A stretch of 17,029 nt of DNA from NCBI GenBank assembly GCA_964615185.1, contig CAZTOS010000015.1, positions 19,342-36,370 of the forward strand, in the 5' to 3' direction. Both the position numbers and the translations under genes were made by a program. A model generated the notes under the pieces. The model searched no databases, was not told the DNA's origin, and saw nothing but the letters and a program-made list of their open reading frames with translations. Positions 1-9,298 of this stretch are shown piece after piece. Numbering within the stretch: the first letter of the stretch is position 1; every line of letters starts with the position of its first letter. Origin of the DNA: an uncultured Thermococci archaeon (GTDB lineage Archaea > Methanobacteriota_B > Thermococci > Thermococcales > Thermococcaceae).

Positions 1-44
1 AATTGTGCACTAATCTTATTAACCTATTTTCCAAATCTCCTAAC

Positions 45-1397
45 ATGTTCCATGTGATTGTGAGAGCAAGAAAGGATGCCAAAGCACTGCAATACATAAA
101 TGAGCGTAATTATGGTGGTTTTTTGAGAGTTTCGAGCCTTGGCGGTGGAAGGAGATTTGACGAAGTTGAGAATACTCTGGAAGAACTAAAAGAGGATCCT
201 TATATTCCTATCTTGTTGTTTGGGGAAAAGGAAAGGGAGTTAGCACGGAACATTAATGAATATCTCTCTGAGTTGGGAAAGCCTTTCTATTCTCGAATTT
301 TGAGAACTAAAAAAGTTAGGAACATGCGTGTTGACGAGCTTTATGCTCACTTGGAAGAAATCAAAGCCAGGTTTAGGCTTGGGATTAAGTGGGATGGGAC
401 TTACAAGCTTGATCCAGATAATCCATTTGGCATTGAAATTAATCCAGATTATGACATCTACTTGGCCTTTGGTGATGCCTTTAGAGAAAACATGAGAGAG
501 CTCTTGGGGATAGATATTGGATGTGTTTCACTTGTTTTGAGAAAGCTAATGAATCAGGAAGTGTATTACTCGGGAAGCATGAAGATAGCTGAAGTCAGCA
601 AGCGCATCGGAGAAGGAACTGAGGTACTCTGGAGGATTCCTCACACCGAAGATGTTAGCCTAAAGGACATTATCAAGGCAAATGAATCTTATATCAGGGC
701 TTTTGAAGAAGCAAGCAAGAGTTTTCTTGAACAATTTAAGGATTATGACATAATAGTCCCTTGGAGCGGTGGAAAAGACTCAACAGCAACTTTAATTTTA
801 GCAAGCAAAGTTTTCAAAAATGTTACAGCCGTTTATGTTAGAATGGAATACGAGATGCCTCAAACTGATGAGTATGTTGAAGAACTTGCTAAAAAGCTTG
901 GCATTGATGTTGTCGAAACCTTCGTTCCGATGCCCATTGATAAGTACGGAATCCCCACTCATTACAACCGCTGGTGCACAAAGATGAAGGTAGAGGCTCT
1001 CTACAAGGCTATAGAAGAATTTGAAAATCCAATTTTGGTTGTAGGTGATAGAGATGGTGAAAGTGCAAGAAGGAGGCTAAAGCCACCGGTGATTGAGAGA
1101 GAAAACGAAATTCTTGGTAATTTCTTGGAAATAATGCCCATTAAGTTCTGGTCAGGCATGATGGTGCAGCTCTACATCTTGATGAATGGCTTTGACCTGC
1201 ATCCTCTTTATTATGAGGGATTCTACCGTTTAGGATGCACAATCTGCCCCAGCTTGGCTGATTGGGAAATAAAACTGCTTGATAAGAGAAATGAATTGCC
1301 AGAATTTTCAAGAGATTTATTTTTGGAGAAAAGGAAGAAGAGTAAAAAGCTTAAACTCTCCTCCCAACGACGATTCCAATTATCAGACCTAAAATAA
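45..1397 (+). CDS. PAPS-reductase-family (PP-loop) protein with an uncharacterised N-terminal domain
   Basis: The C-terminal half has the PP-loop PWSGGKDS, RWCT, GDRDGES..R, PIKFW and the Fe-S-type YRLGCTICP motif. The start is moved from the ORF track's TTG at 3 to ATG at 45, which lies about 23 nt after TATA-like CTTATTAA (15-22), consistent with a leaderless transcript. Confidence 0.8.
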   Translation: MFHVIVRARKDAKALQYINERNYGGFLRVSSLGGGRRFDEVENTLEELKEDPYIPILLFGEKERELARNINEYLSELGKPFYSRILRTKKVRNMRVDELYAHLEEIKARFRLGIKWDGTYKLDPDNPFGIEINPDYDIYLAFGDAFRENMRELLGIDIGCVSLVLRKLMNQEVYYSGSMKIAEVSKRIGEGTEVLWRIPHTEDVSLKDIIKANESYIRAFEEASKSFLEQFKDYDIIVPWSGGKDSTATLILASKVFKNVTAVYVRMEYEMPQTDEYVEELAKKLGIDVVETFVPMPIDKYGIPTHYNRWCTKMKVEALYKAIEEFENPILVVGDRDGESARRRLKPPVIERENEILGNFLEIMPIKFWSGMMVQLYILMNGFDLHPLYYEGFYRLGCTICPSLADWEIKLLDKRNELPEFSRDLFLEKRKKSKKLKLSSQRRFQLSDLK

Positions 1398-3267
1398 CAC
1401 CTAATGCACCAATTCCTCCCAGAAGTGATGTTGGAACACTTTTTGCAGGGATTGTGCTGGTTGTTTGGGTTTGTGTATCAGTTTGCGTAGCGGTTGGGCT
1501 TGGTGTTAGCTGTGGTGTAGTTGTTTCTTCGGTTATCTTTGGCGTTGTCTTTGGAAGGAACATCATTGCAGTTTCTTTTGCATATTGGTAGAATATCATG
1601 GCTGTCTGGATATTTTCAATTCCTCCTTGCTTTTCATAGCTTTGAGCAAACTCATAGTATGCCATTCCAAGGATTGTATAAACACCTTTGCTCTGTGCTA
1701 TTGCTATCGCAGTTTTTGCATCCTCCTTCATGTGCTGGAGCTTATCCATTAGCACTGTTTCGTTGTCTATTCCAAGAGTATCAAGTATAACCTCTGCCCT
1801 AATTCTTGCCTCCATTGCTGAAAATAACGCTGCTGAATACTTTCCGTCCTCATAATACTGCTCTCCCTTATTCAACTCATCAACGAGTCCTTGCATTAGG
1901 CTTTCTCCAAACATTGAGGTTATGTATGTAACAACCAGACGAGCATTATCTAAGTACGCTCTCGCTGTCTCTTTGATCACATTTCTGTCGATTACATCTC
2001 CTCTTGCATACCTTTCTCCTAATTTAGCCCAGAATTTTGCTGTCTGTGCTCTTTCATATGCGAATGCTGCATTACTCACCGCATTCCAATAGTCACCTTT
2101 GTAGTAATCACTCCATGCATCTTTGAGAAGAGATTTTGCTTGTTCTATCCTTTCCTCACTTGCTGCAACAGCTTGTAGCATGGTGGTTCCTTTAATGGTC
2201 AAATTTGAGACGTAAGCTTCAGTTTTCTTGATATCCTCATTCACCATATTAAGTAGATTTTCAATATCCTTGTCGTTCTTGATGTTCAAGTACCAATCGA
2301 CGTGCCTGATGACAATCCTTGCCTGGAAATCTTTACTTAAGGCAGTGTAGTACATTCCAGAATCAAGAGCATTCTTTGCCTCTTTTAATGTTTTATTTGC
2401 ACCATCTAAAGCTGCCTTAAGGTAGGAATATGTGGTATAGCTTACATCACTTTCTTTTAGCTTCGTTTCAACTTGGTTATAATATTTGGTGGTGTTTTGA
2501 TAATCCTTTATGGCATCATTTCTCAAGAAGGAAGTGTCTATTTTGATGCTCTCAGGAGCCTTAGGTTTTTCTATTTTATGCCCCGTAAAGTAATACACAG
2601 CCTCATAGATGTCCTTGACTTCCCTTACCTCCAGCCCCCATCTTTCTTTTGCGTATTTAACAACATCAACTTTTTCTTCTTTTGTTGTGATTTGGACAAG
2701 AGGTCCAATTTGTTTTTGTTCAGTTTTTTGAACCACCTGAATTCTCTGGCCTTCGGGTATTAAGAACAGTTTGGCTCCAACACTATGGGCAGCTGAGGCT
2801 TTCTCCAAAATTCCTCCTACTGGACCGATTGTTCCATCTGGATTTATCATCCCGGTCATCATAACGTCATCTCTAAGTTTCCATCCCTTTAGTGCCGCTA
2901 TGATTCCAACAGTCATTGTTCCCCCGGCGGAGGGTCCTCCAATTATAGGAGAATCAGCCTTGACTTGTATGAAGACATCGTATTTGTCCATATCAACTCC
3001 AAGAACCCTGCCGGCAACTTGGGCAGCTAATCTTGCACTTGCTTGCATGTCAACTTCTGCTAATGGCCATGTCTCCACATATACGTGTCCGCTTCCAGGT
3101 GCAACTGTAATTACGAAGTCTGTTGCCACACCGATCAATTCTCCATTGGCAGTTTTTGAGAGTGCTGGGGCCTTTAGGATTACTGTATGACCTTCAGATG
3201 GACATTGGGCAAGTGCCAGTGGCGAAATAAGCAGAATTAACGCCAAAAACGGTAACAACTTTTTCAT
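1351..3267 (-). CDS. Secreted, membrane-anchored S16 (Lon-protease-domain) serine protease, archaeal COG1750-like
   Basis: It has the N-terminal signal peptide MKKLLPFLALILLISPLALA. The Lon-type catalytic motifs GGPSAG (Ser) and MTGMINPDGTIGPVGGILEK (Lys) are present, with no AAA+ domain. A long helical region, Thr/Pro-rich linker and C-terminal TM helix with basic tail follow. The SD GGGGGTGA is at 3272-3279. Confidence 0.85.
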   Translation of the reverse strand: MKKLLPFLALILLISPLALAQCPSEGHTVILKAPALSKTANGELIGVATDFVITVAPGSGHVYVETWPLAEVDMQASARLAAQVAGRVLGVDMDKYDVFIQVKADSPIIGGPSAGGTMTVGIIAALKGWKLRDDVMMTGMINPDGTIGPVGGILEKASAAHSVGAKLFLIPEGQRIQVVQKTEQKQIGPLVQITTKEEKVDVVKYAKERWGLEVREVKDIYEAVYYFTGHKIEKPKAPESIKIDTSFLRNDAIKDYQNTTKYYNQVETKLKESDVSYTTYSYLKAALDGANKTLKEAKNALDSGMYYTALSKDFQARIVIRHVDWYLNIKNDKDIENLLNMVNEDIKKTEAYVSNLTIKGTTMLQAVAASEERIEQAKSLLKDAWSDYYKGDYWNAVSNAAFAYERAQTAKFWAKLGERYARGDVIDRNVIKETARAYLDNARLVVTYITSMFGESLMQGLVDELNKGEQYYEDGKYSAALFSAMEARIRAEVILDTLGIDNETVLMDKLQHMKEDAKTAIAIAQSKGVYTILGMAYYEFAQSYEKQGGIENIQTAMIFYQYAKETAMMFLPKTTPKITEETTTPQLTPSPTATQTDTQTQTTSTIPAKSVPTSLLGGIGALGVILGLIIGIVVGRRV

Positions 3268-3399
3268 TGTTTCACCCCCAAATCCAAAAAGGTTTATTAA
3301 TTTAATAGCTCTTGTGGTTCATGACTCTAAGATTAGAGGATTGCACCAAATAAATTTAATATCTTTAAGTCGTTGTAATAAAATGCCGAGGGGATACCC

Positions 3400-3945
3400 A
3401 TGGGTCTGTTTTCATCATTGATCCAAAGAAAATTTAAAGACATCGCTGGAAAAAGATACGAAAGGATTCTCAAAGAGTACAGGGATTTCTTGCTGACTGA
3501 GGAGGAGATGGTGCTTCCCGAGATTAAGTCGGTGCTAATACCTCTTGATAGATTTATAGGGGAGATTCCAGTTGAGGTCTATGAAACCCTTTCTGCATAT
3601 AGAGATGCAAAGTTTGTCCTCTTATATATAATTGATATCCATGTATCCTACATGATTGAGCAGACACTTGGGGTTGAGGCAAGTGAAGAATTTAAAAAGA
3701 AGGAGAAAGAGGAGGGCATGAAATTGCTTGGAAAAATCTCCAGAAACTTTGAAGCTTTGGGAATTAACCCCCAACTGAGACTCTTCTTTGGGGATAAAAG
3801 TAGGGACATAATAAGCCTTGCACAAAAACATGACTTGCTTGTTCTTTCGAAGGCATACGGGTCTGAAATTACAAAGACTCATCCTCTTAGTCCTGTAGTT
3901 TTGAAGATTGTGCAACATGTTAATATTCCTGTGATAGTTTATTGA
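3400..3945 (+). CDS. Universal stress protein (USP)-like, divergent, with N-terminal extension
   Basis: Shows the USP pattern IKSVLIPLD...VLLYII...G....IISLAQKHDLLVL...S....KIVQHVNIPVIVY. Confidence 0.7.
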   Translation: MGLFSSLIQRKFKDIAGKRYERILKEYRDFLLTEEEMVLPEIKSVLIPLDRFIGEIPVEVYETLSAYRDAKFVLLYIIDIHVSYMIEQTLGVEASEEFKKKEKEEGMKLLGKISRNFEALGINPQLRLFFGDKSRDIISLAQKHDLLVLSKAYGSEITKTHPLSPVVLKIVQHVNIPVIVY

Positions 3946-3955
3946 GGTGACGGAA

Positions 3956-5233
3956 ATGACTCCAGAAACAGTGGCTGTTGCAGTGTTCCTGTTTACCTAC
4001 GCCCTTGTGGTTAGCGAGAAGATTCATAGGGCTGTTGCAGCGATGTTTGGAGCATCTGTAATACTTTTTCTGAAAATAGTTCCATGGGAAAACATTCCCA
4101 AGTACCTTGATTTAAATACACTTTTCCTCCTTATGGGGATGATGATCATTGTAAATACTGCAAGGAATAGCGGTCTTTTTGAATATGTGGCAATAAAAAC
4201 GGCAAAACTTGCACATGGCAGTCCAATTAGAGTCCTGTTGCTGTTTTCTATCGTTACCGCTGTTATCAGTTCTGTTTTAGATAATGTGACAACCGTTTTA
4301 CTTTTAACACCAATGCTGCTTTACATTTCCCGTTTGATGGAGCTAAGTCCGATTCCCTTTTTGCTTTCTGAAATCTTTGCCTCGAACATAGGTGGTACAG
4401 CAACCCTCATTGGTGATCCCCCAAATATAATGATAGGTTCTGCAGCAAAATTAAGCTTCAATGAATTTTTGATAAATATGGGGCCAATTGCGGCGATTGA
4501 TTTAGGTGTAACTATCCTGATAATATACCTCGCATACAATAATGCCCTTAAGGTAACTCCCAAGAAAAAGGTCATGATAATACAAACTCTTCGTGGCTTG
4601 GATGAAAAGGCTGCGATTAGAGATATAAGGCTTTTTAGGAAGTCTGTGGCAATAATTTTATTTGTGGTTGCTTTATTCTTTCTCCATGATAGATTGGGAA
4701 TAGAACCAGCTGTTGTTGCACTTTTTGGAGCATCTCTTATACTATTGTGGACACGTGAGGATCCTGAGGGAATTTTCGAGAAAATTGAGTGGCCAGCTCT
4801 CTTTTTCTTTGGAGGGCTCTTTATAATCGTCGGTGCACTGGAGGAGACTGGCACAATAGCAAAGGTGGCAGAGTGGGTTTTAACTCACGTGCATACCCAA
4901 GGCGAAGCTTTGCTTGTAATTACATGGTTTTCCGCATTCTCTTCTGCAATAGTTGACAATATACCTCTAACTGCTGCAATGATACCTTTAATAAAGCACA
5001 TGGGCGCTTCGATGAATGTGTACCCTCTCTGGTGGGCTCTTAGTTTGGGAGCGTGTTTGGGAGGTAACGGAACTGCAATAGGTGCATCTGCAAACGTTGT
5101 TGTTATAGGAATAGCTGAACGTGAAGATGTCAGGATAACTTTTGTGGACTTTTTAAAAGTTGGAATGATCATTATGATTATAACCGTTGCCATAGGTGTT
5201 GGAATACTCTGGATTAGATATGTTGGGTGGTAA
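3956..5233 (+). CDS. ArsB/NhaD (ion transporter superfamily, P-protein-like) permease
   Basis: It has about 11-12 hydrophobic segments and the paired motifs SSVLDNVTT/ASNIGGTATLIGDPPN and SAIVDNIP/GACLGGNGTAIGASAN. ATG 3956 is preferred over GTG 3947 because the SD GAGGTGA is at 3944-3950. Confidence 0.85.
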   Translation: MTPETVAVAVFLFTYALVVSEKIHRAVAAMFGASVILFLKIVPWENIPKYLDLNTLFLLMGMMIIVNTARNSGLFEYVAIKTAKLAHGSPIRVLLLFSIVTAVISSVLDNVTTVLLLTPMLLYISRLMELSPIPFLLSEIFASNIGGTATLIGDPPNIMIGSAAKLSFNEFLINMGPIAAIDLGVTILIIYLAYNNALKVTPKKKVMIIQTLRGLDEKAAIRDIRLFRKSVAIILFVVALFFLHDRLGIEPAVVALFGASLILLWTREDPEGIFEKIEWPALFFFGGLFIIVGALEETGTIAKVAEWVLTHVHTQGEALLVITWFSAFSSAIVDNIPLTAAMIPLIKHMGASMNVYPLWWALSLGACLGGNGTAIGASANVVVIGIAEREDVRITFVDFLKVGMIIMIITVAIGVGILWIRYVGW

Positions 5234-5685
5234 TGATGAAGATATTGGTGCTCATAGATGGGTCAAAATGGAGTCAAAAAGCAGCACTCCACGCTATAGC
5301 CATAGCCAAAAGAAAAAACGCCAAGATAATTCTGTTTTCTGTTCTGGATAGAAGAGAAGCCAAGGCAATTGCTTTCAATCTGAGCATGAGAAGTGACAAA
5401 ATTGAAGAAATAAAGAGATTTGAAGAGCAGATATGGAAAGATATGAAAAAAAGTGTTAAGGAAATAATGGTTGGTTTACTTGAACTCTGTCATGAGGAAA
5501 ACGTTAATTGTTCAATGAAAATAGTGGAAGGTATAGCAAAGGATGAAATCCTGAAAGAGGCAAACAGTGGAGCTTATGCTCTGGTTGTCATGGGGGCTTA
5601 TGGAAAAAGTGGGAAAACGAGAATCGGAAGCCTGTTGGAGGAGCTTGCAGGTGTTATCCAGCCTCCTTTGCTGATAGTTCGTTAA
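5233..5685 (+). CDS. Universal stress protein
   Basis: Classic USP pattern MKILVLIDGS..S.KA...A...LVVMGAYGKSG...IGS......PPLLIVR. The start is ATG 5233 (TAATG overlap with the permease stop) or ATG 5236. Confidence 0.85.
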   Translation: MMKILVLIDGSKWSQKAALHAIAIAKRKNAKIILFSVLDRREAKAIAFNLSMRSDKIEEIKRFEEQIWKDMKKSVKEIMVGLLELCHEENVNCSMKIVEGIAKDEILKEANSGAYALVVMGAYGKSGKTRIGSLLEELAGVIQPPLLIVR

Positions 5686-5942
5686 TCTCTCTTTACGACA
5701 GCTATGAAAAACAGCAGGAGTATTATCAGCTCGAGCACAGTTGCCACTATATCGAGAGTATTCTCTCTTATCTCCGTTATTGTGTGGAGGTTTTCCAGTG
5801 TCTTTTTAATTCCAAAAAGCAGAAAAGCAAGAAGCAGGAATAAGATGCTCTTCATACCACTTTTTTTATATGCTACCCATGAGACAAATGAAAGGAAGAG
5901 TGCAATACCTATTATTGCGACATCGAGGATTATGTCAATCAT
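5682..5942 (-). CDS. Small 3-TM membrane protein, hypothetical
   Basis: An 86-aa ORF with three hydrophobic segments. The SD GGTGGTGA lies in the end of the upstream regulator gene, and an 8-bp overlap with that gene suggests translational coupling. Confidence 0.7.
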   Translation of the reverse strand: MIDIILDVAIIGIALFLSFVSWVAYKKSGMKSILFLLLAFLLFGIKKTLENLHTITEIRENTLDIVATVLELIILLLFFIAVVKRD

Positions 5943-6453
5943 TTAATTCACCACCTCTTAGAGTTAGCATGAGATCAATAAGCCTATCTGCAAGCTTATC
6001 CCACAGTTTTGGCCTATATTCGCTGATTACTCTCACTATTACCTCGATATCACACTTCAGGCTGTATACAACGTTTCGCCCTTGTTTTCTCTTGTCAATC
6101 AAGCCCAATTTGCTGAGGATGTTCATATGGTAGTTTATCGTTGCTTGAGTCAGCTTTAATCTTTCGGCGATTTCTCGTTGGTTCATTTCTCCTTCTGCCA
6201 GTAGGAGCAGTATCTTTCGCTGAGTTTCATTTGAGATTGCTATCAGCAATGGTTCATATTCCTTCTCAAATTCCTTGGGGAATATATATCTCCTTCCTCC
6301 AAGCTTTTTTGAAACTATCATGCCTTCTTTTTCAAGCTGATAAAGATGGTACTGAAGGTTCCCTATTCCTATCCCAAGCTCATCTGATAGTCTTCGGAAT
6401 GTTATTCCTGGATTTTTGGAGATATGCTGAAGTATCTCCTCTCTATGACTCAT
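5935..6453 (-). CDS. Transcriptional regulator with two winged-HTH (ArsR-like) domains, COG3398-like
   Basis: Two repeated wHTH units: ILQHISKNPGITFRRLSDELGIGIGNLQYHLYQLEKEGMI and ILLLLAEGEMNQREIAERLKLTQATINYHMNILSKLGLI. ATG 6453 is preferred over GTG 6486, with the SD-like GGTAAGTGA upstream. Confidence 0.8.
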   Translation of the reverse strand: MSHREEILQHISKNPGITFRRLSDELGIGIGNLQYHLYQLEKEGMIVSKKLGGRRYIFPKEFEKEYEPLLIAISNETQRKILLLLAEGEMNQREIAERLKLTQATINYHMNILSKLGLIDKRKQGRNVVYSLKCDIEVIVRVISEYRPKLWDKLADRLIDLMLTLRGGELND

Positions 6454-6563
6454 GCTATCACTTACCTTATTCTCCTTTTGGTACACCCCTCTATAGATTA
6501 CATGGAAAGAGATATAAATTGGTTTGGGGTTATGATGGGTGTCTCTTTTACGGGGTGGGAGAG

Positions 6564-7931
6564 GTGAATATAGACAGACTGATAAAAAAGGCTGAAGAGC
6601 TTGCAGGAAGATATGGGGTTACTTATTATGAGGTGAGAGTGGTTAAAATAAGTGTTGCTCATCTGGAAATGCAGAATTCTCATTTGGAAGAGATTTCCTC
6701 AAACATGGAAATTGGTATTGGTGTGAGAGCATTTCAGGGAGCATGGGGATTTTCTTCTGCTAATGATATTGGGAGAGCAGAAAAGGCAATAGAAACAGCA
6801 ATGAAAATAGCAAAGTTGATGAAGGGGAGCTCAAAAGTTTATCTCAATGATCCAATAAAAGATAGGGCTGAAATTAAAGCAAAAAAGCCTTTTATAAACG
6901 TGGATTTGGATGAGAAACTTGAACTTGTGAAGACTGTGGATAAATTTCTGGAGGATAATGATATTGTAAACAGAAAGGTATCCTACGGAGATGGCTTGAA
7001 ATGGCAGTTTTACTTTAACTCACTGGGAAGTGAAATTGAAACAATAATCCCAAGAATAAGACTCAGCTTCTCTGCAACAGCTAAAAAAGGAAATGAAATG
7101 CAAAGTTACTGGAAGATTTTTGGTGGAACTGGTGGATGGGAAATTGTTGAGGATGTTGACTTAGAATATTGGACAGCTTTTGTGAAAGAAAAATCAAAAT
7201 CCTTGCTGAATGCTCAGTTACCCCCTTCTGGAGAGTTTGATGTAATAATGGATCCAGAGCTTGCTGGTGTGTTCATTCATGAAGCATTAGGACATGCAAG
7301 CGAAGGCGACGCAATAAAGAATGGAGAGAGCATTTTAGAGGGTAAGCTTGGAGAGAAAATAGCTGTTGAAGAGCTTACGGTTGTTGATGACCCTACCCTT
7401 GAGGGAAAATTTGGTTCATATATTTATGATGATGAAGGGGTAAAAGCAAGAAGGGTTGAAATAATTAAGGATGGAGTTCTCAATGAGTACCTCCTTGATA
7501 GAGAAACAGCGGCTTATTTCGATATGGAACCGAATGGACATGGGAGAGCACAAAGCTACAACTATCAGCCTTTGGTCAGAATGAGCAATACTTATATTGA
7601 ACCCCGTGACTGGAGCTTTGAGGAAATGCTCAGTGAAGTGAAGCGTGGTTTATATTTAATCGGAGATAAAGGAGGAGAAGTGGATATAGCGAATGGAACA
7701 TTCATGTTTGGAGCAAAAGAGGGATATTTAATTGAAAATGGAGAAATTAAGGCCCATATACGAGATGTTGCATTATCAGGAAAGATACTTGATGTTCTCA
7801 AAAATATCCGGGCTATTGGTAAAGACCTAAAGGTTGAGTTTCCGGGCTACTGTGGAAAAGGCCAGTGGGTTCCTGTTGATGACGGTGGGCCTCATGTGTT
7901 GACAAGAGCTTTAGTGGGTGGATTGCTATGA
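6564..7931 (+). CDS. tldD: TldD/PmbA-family metalloprotease, TldD (catalytic) subunit
   Basis: Has GIGVRA..GAWGFSS, the metal motif FIHEALGHASEGD, YDDEG, RMSNTYIEP and C-terminal YCGKGQWVPV. The likely start is GTG 6564, with SD GGGGTGG at 6552-6558. The ORF track's 6141 start runs antisense through the regulator gene. Confidence 0.9.
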   Translation: MNIDRLIKKAEELAGRYGVTYYEVRVVKISVAHLEMQNSHLEEISSNMEIGIGVRAFQGAWGFSSANDIGRAEKAIETAMKIAKLMKGSSKVYLNDPIKDRAEIKAKKPFINVDLDEKLELVKTVDKFLEDNDIVNRKVSYGDGLKWQFYFNSLGSEIETIIPRIRLSFSATAKKGNEMQSYWKIFGGTGGWEIVEDVDLEYWTAFVKEKSKSLLNAQLPPSGEFDVIMDPELAGVFIHEALGHASEGDAIKNGESILEGKLGEKIAVEELTVVDDPTLEGKFGSYIYDDEGVKARRVEIIKDGVLNEYLLDRETAAYFDMEPNGHGRAQSYNYQPLVRMSNTYIEPRDWSFEEMLSEVKRGLYLIGDKGGEVDIANGTFMFGAKEGYLIENGEIKAHIRDVALSGKILDVLKNIRAIGKDLKVEFPGYCGKGQWVPVDDGGPHVLTRALVGGLL

Positions 7932-9232
7932 TAGATGAACTCATCAAAATCCTCAATCATAAAGACATTGAGTGGGAGATTTACTGGGAGATAGGAAGAG
8001 GAAGTTCCTTTAAAATTGAGAGATGTGAGTTGGTGAGAGCTCAGCGTAAATATCACTCAGGTATTGGATTGAGAGTTGGGTATAAGGGAAAAGTGGGTTT
8101 CTCCTACATTACAGGGATAAATCATGACAAAACGAGTTTGGAAAGATTCGTGAACAGGACGATAAAGCTCGCAAAAGTTAGTGAAGTACCTTTTTATGGC
8201 TTTTCTACCAACAATAAAAATAGAAAAGTTAAATCTCTCTATGATAGGAAAATTGAGGAGATGAGTTTTGACGATGCATATTCAATAGCTCTCCTTTTAA
8301 CTGAAAAAGAGAGGGAGCTAAAGGAGAGACTTGGGGTGGAATACGCTTTTTCCGGAGGTATAGCTTTTGGGATGTCCACGGATGGAATTGCGAATTCTAA
8401 TGGGATAGAGAAAATCGAAAAAACAACAGGGATGAGTGTGAATATTCATATCGTCAAAAGGGCGGAGAAGAGTGGAAGTGGAAGCTACTATAGGGGATTT
8501 CGACTAATGCCAGATTTTGGGAAGGAATTTTCAGTAGGGCTTGAGAGAGCTTTGGAAGAGGTGGAGCTAAGCTACTCTGCCAAGAAAATCAACGGGTATC
8601 ATGGAGAGATTATCCTGGAACCTCATGCAGTGGCCTCTCTTGTAAGTATTTTAATGTCAAACCTGTACGGGGATAATGTATATCACAAACGTTCAAGGTT
8701 CTCAAAAATAGGTGATTCAATTGCGAGTGAAAGCTTCACGCTCATAGATGACGCAACTCTTGAAGGTAAACTTGGCAGTTATTCCTTTGATGGGGAAGGG
8801 AATCCGTCTCAAAGGACTGTATTGATAGAGGATGGCATATTAAAAGGTTTTCTCTTTGATGAGGCCTATGCCAAACTTATGAATGCAAAAAGCACGGGGA
8901 ATGCTGTGAGGGACTTTAGAACTGTTCCCCACATTGGAAACAGTAATGTCATTATCGATGGAAAAAGGGAAAACTTAGAGGATCTGGAGAAAGCTGTAGT
9001 TGTAAAACGTGTCTTTGGTGAGCATACAGCGAATCCACTGAGTGGAGATTTTTCCCTCACAATTGAGCTTGGATATTTAATCGAAAATGGAGAGGTTAAG
9101 CCATTCAAAGACAACATGTTTGCGGGCAATATTTTTGAGTTGATAAACTTAATCATAAATGTTGGAAAAGAAAAGGAAGAAGTTGGCAGTTTCCTCTCTC
9201 CAAGAGTGCTTATCCTCGGCAAAATTATATAA
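7928..9232 (+). CDS. pmbA: TldD/PmbA-family protein, PmbA/TldE subunit
   Basis: Has GIGLRV...GKVGFS, FDGEG, LIEDGILKGF, STGNAVR and ANPLSGDFS, and lacks the HExxxH motif. An ATGA overlap couples it to tldD. Confidence 0.85.
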   Translation: MIDELIKILNHKDIEWEIYWEIGRGSSFKIERCELVRAQRKYHSGIGLRVGYKGKVGFSYITGINHDKTSLERFVNRTIKLAKVSEVPFYGFSTNNKNRKVKSLYDRKIEEMSFDDAYSIALLLTEKERELKERLGVEYAFSGGIAFGMSTDGIANSNGIEKIEKTTGMSVNIHIVKRAEKSGSGSYYRGFRLMPDFGKEFSVGLERALEEVELSYSAKKINGYHGEIILEPHAVASLVSILMSNLYGDNVYHKRSRFSKIGDSIASESFTLIDDATLEGKLGSYSFDGEGNPSQRTVLIEDGILKGFLFDEAYAKLMNAKSTGNAVRDFRTVPHIGNSNVIIDGKRENLEDLEKAVVVKRVFGEHTANPLSGDFSLTIELGYLIENGEVKPFKDNMFAGNIFELINLIINVGKEKEEVGSFLSPRVLILGKII

Positions 9233-9298
9233 AACTCTTGTTAATTTGGGCAAACTATTTATACTTCAAATCCAAAAATTAATTCCGGTGGTAAGCAA

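Noticed and set aside
1440..1550. Low-complexity GTT/TGT-rich stretch
   Set aside because: It is explained by the Thr/Pro/Gln-rich linker of the minus-strand protease and is not a DNA repeat element.
3300..3399. Fluoride (crcB) riboswitch upstream of the USP/transporter operon
   Set aside because: The gene context is suggestive and ATGACTCTA loosely resembles the 3' end, but the conserved 5' GAUGG stem and pseudoknot partner are absent.
6141..6563. N-terminal 141-aa extension of the TldD ORF
   Set aside because: It is antisense to the wHTH regulator and does not resemble protein. TldD-like sequence begins near GTG 6564, which has its own SD and an upstream TATA-like GATATAAAT.
6570..6572. 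Possible ATA start codon for tldD after GAGGTGA
   Set aside because: The SD spacing would be only 2 nt. In-frame GTG 6564 with SD GGGGTGG is the simpler explanation.
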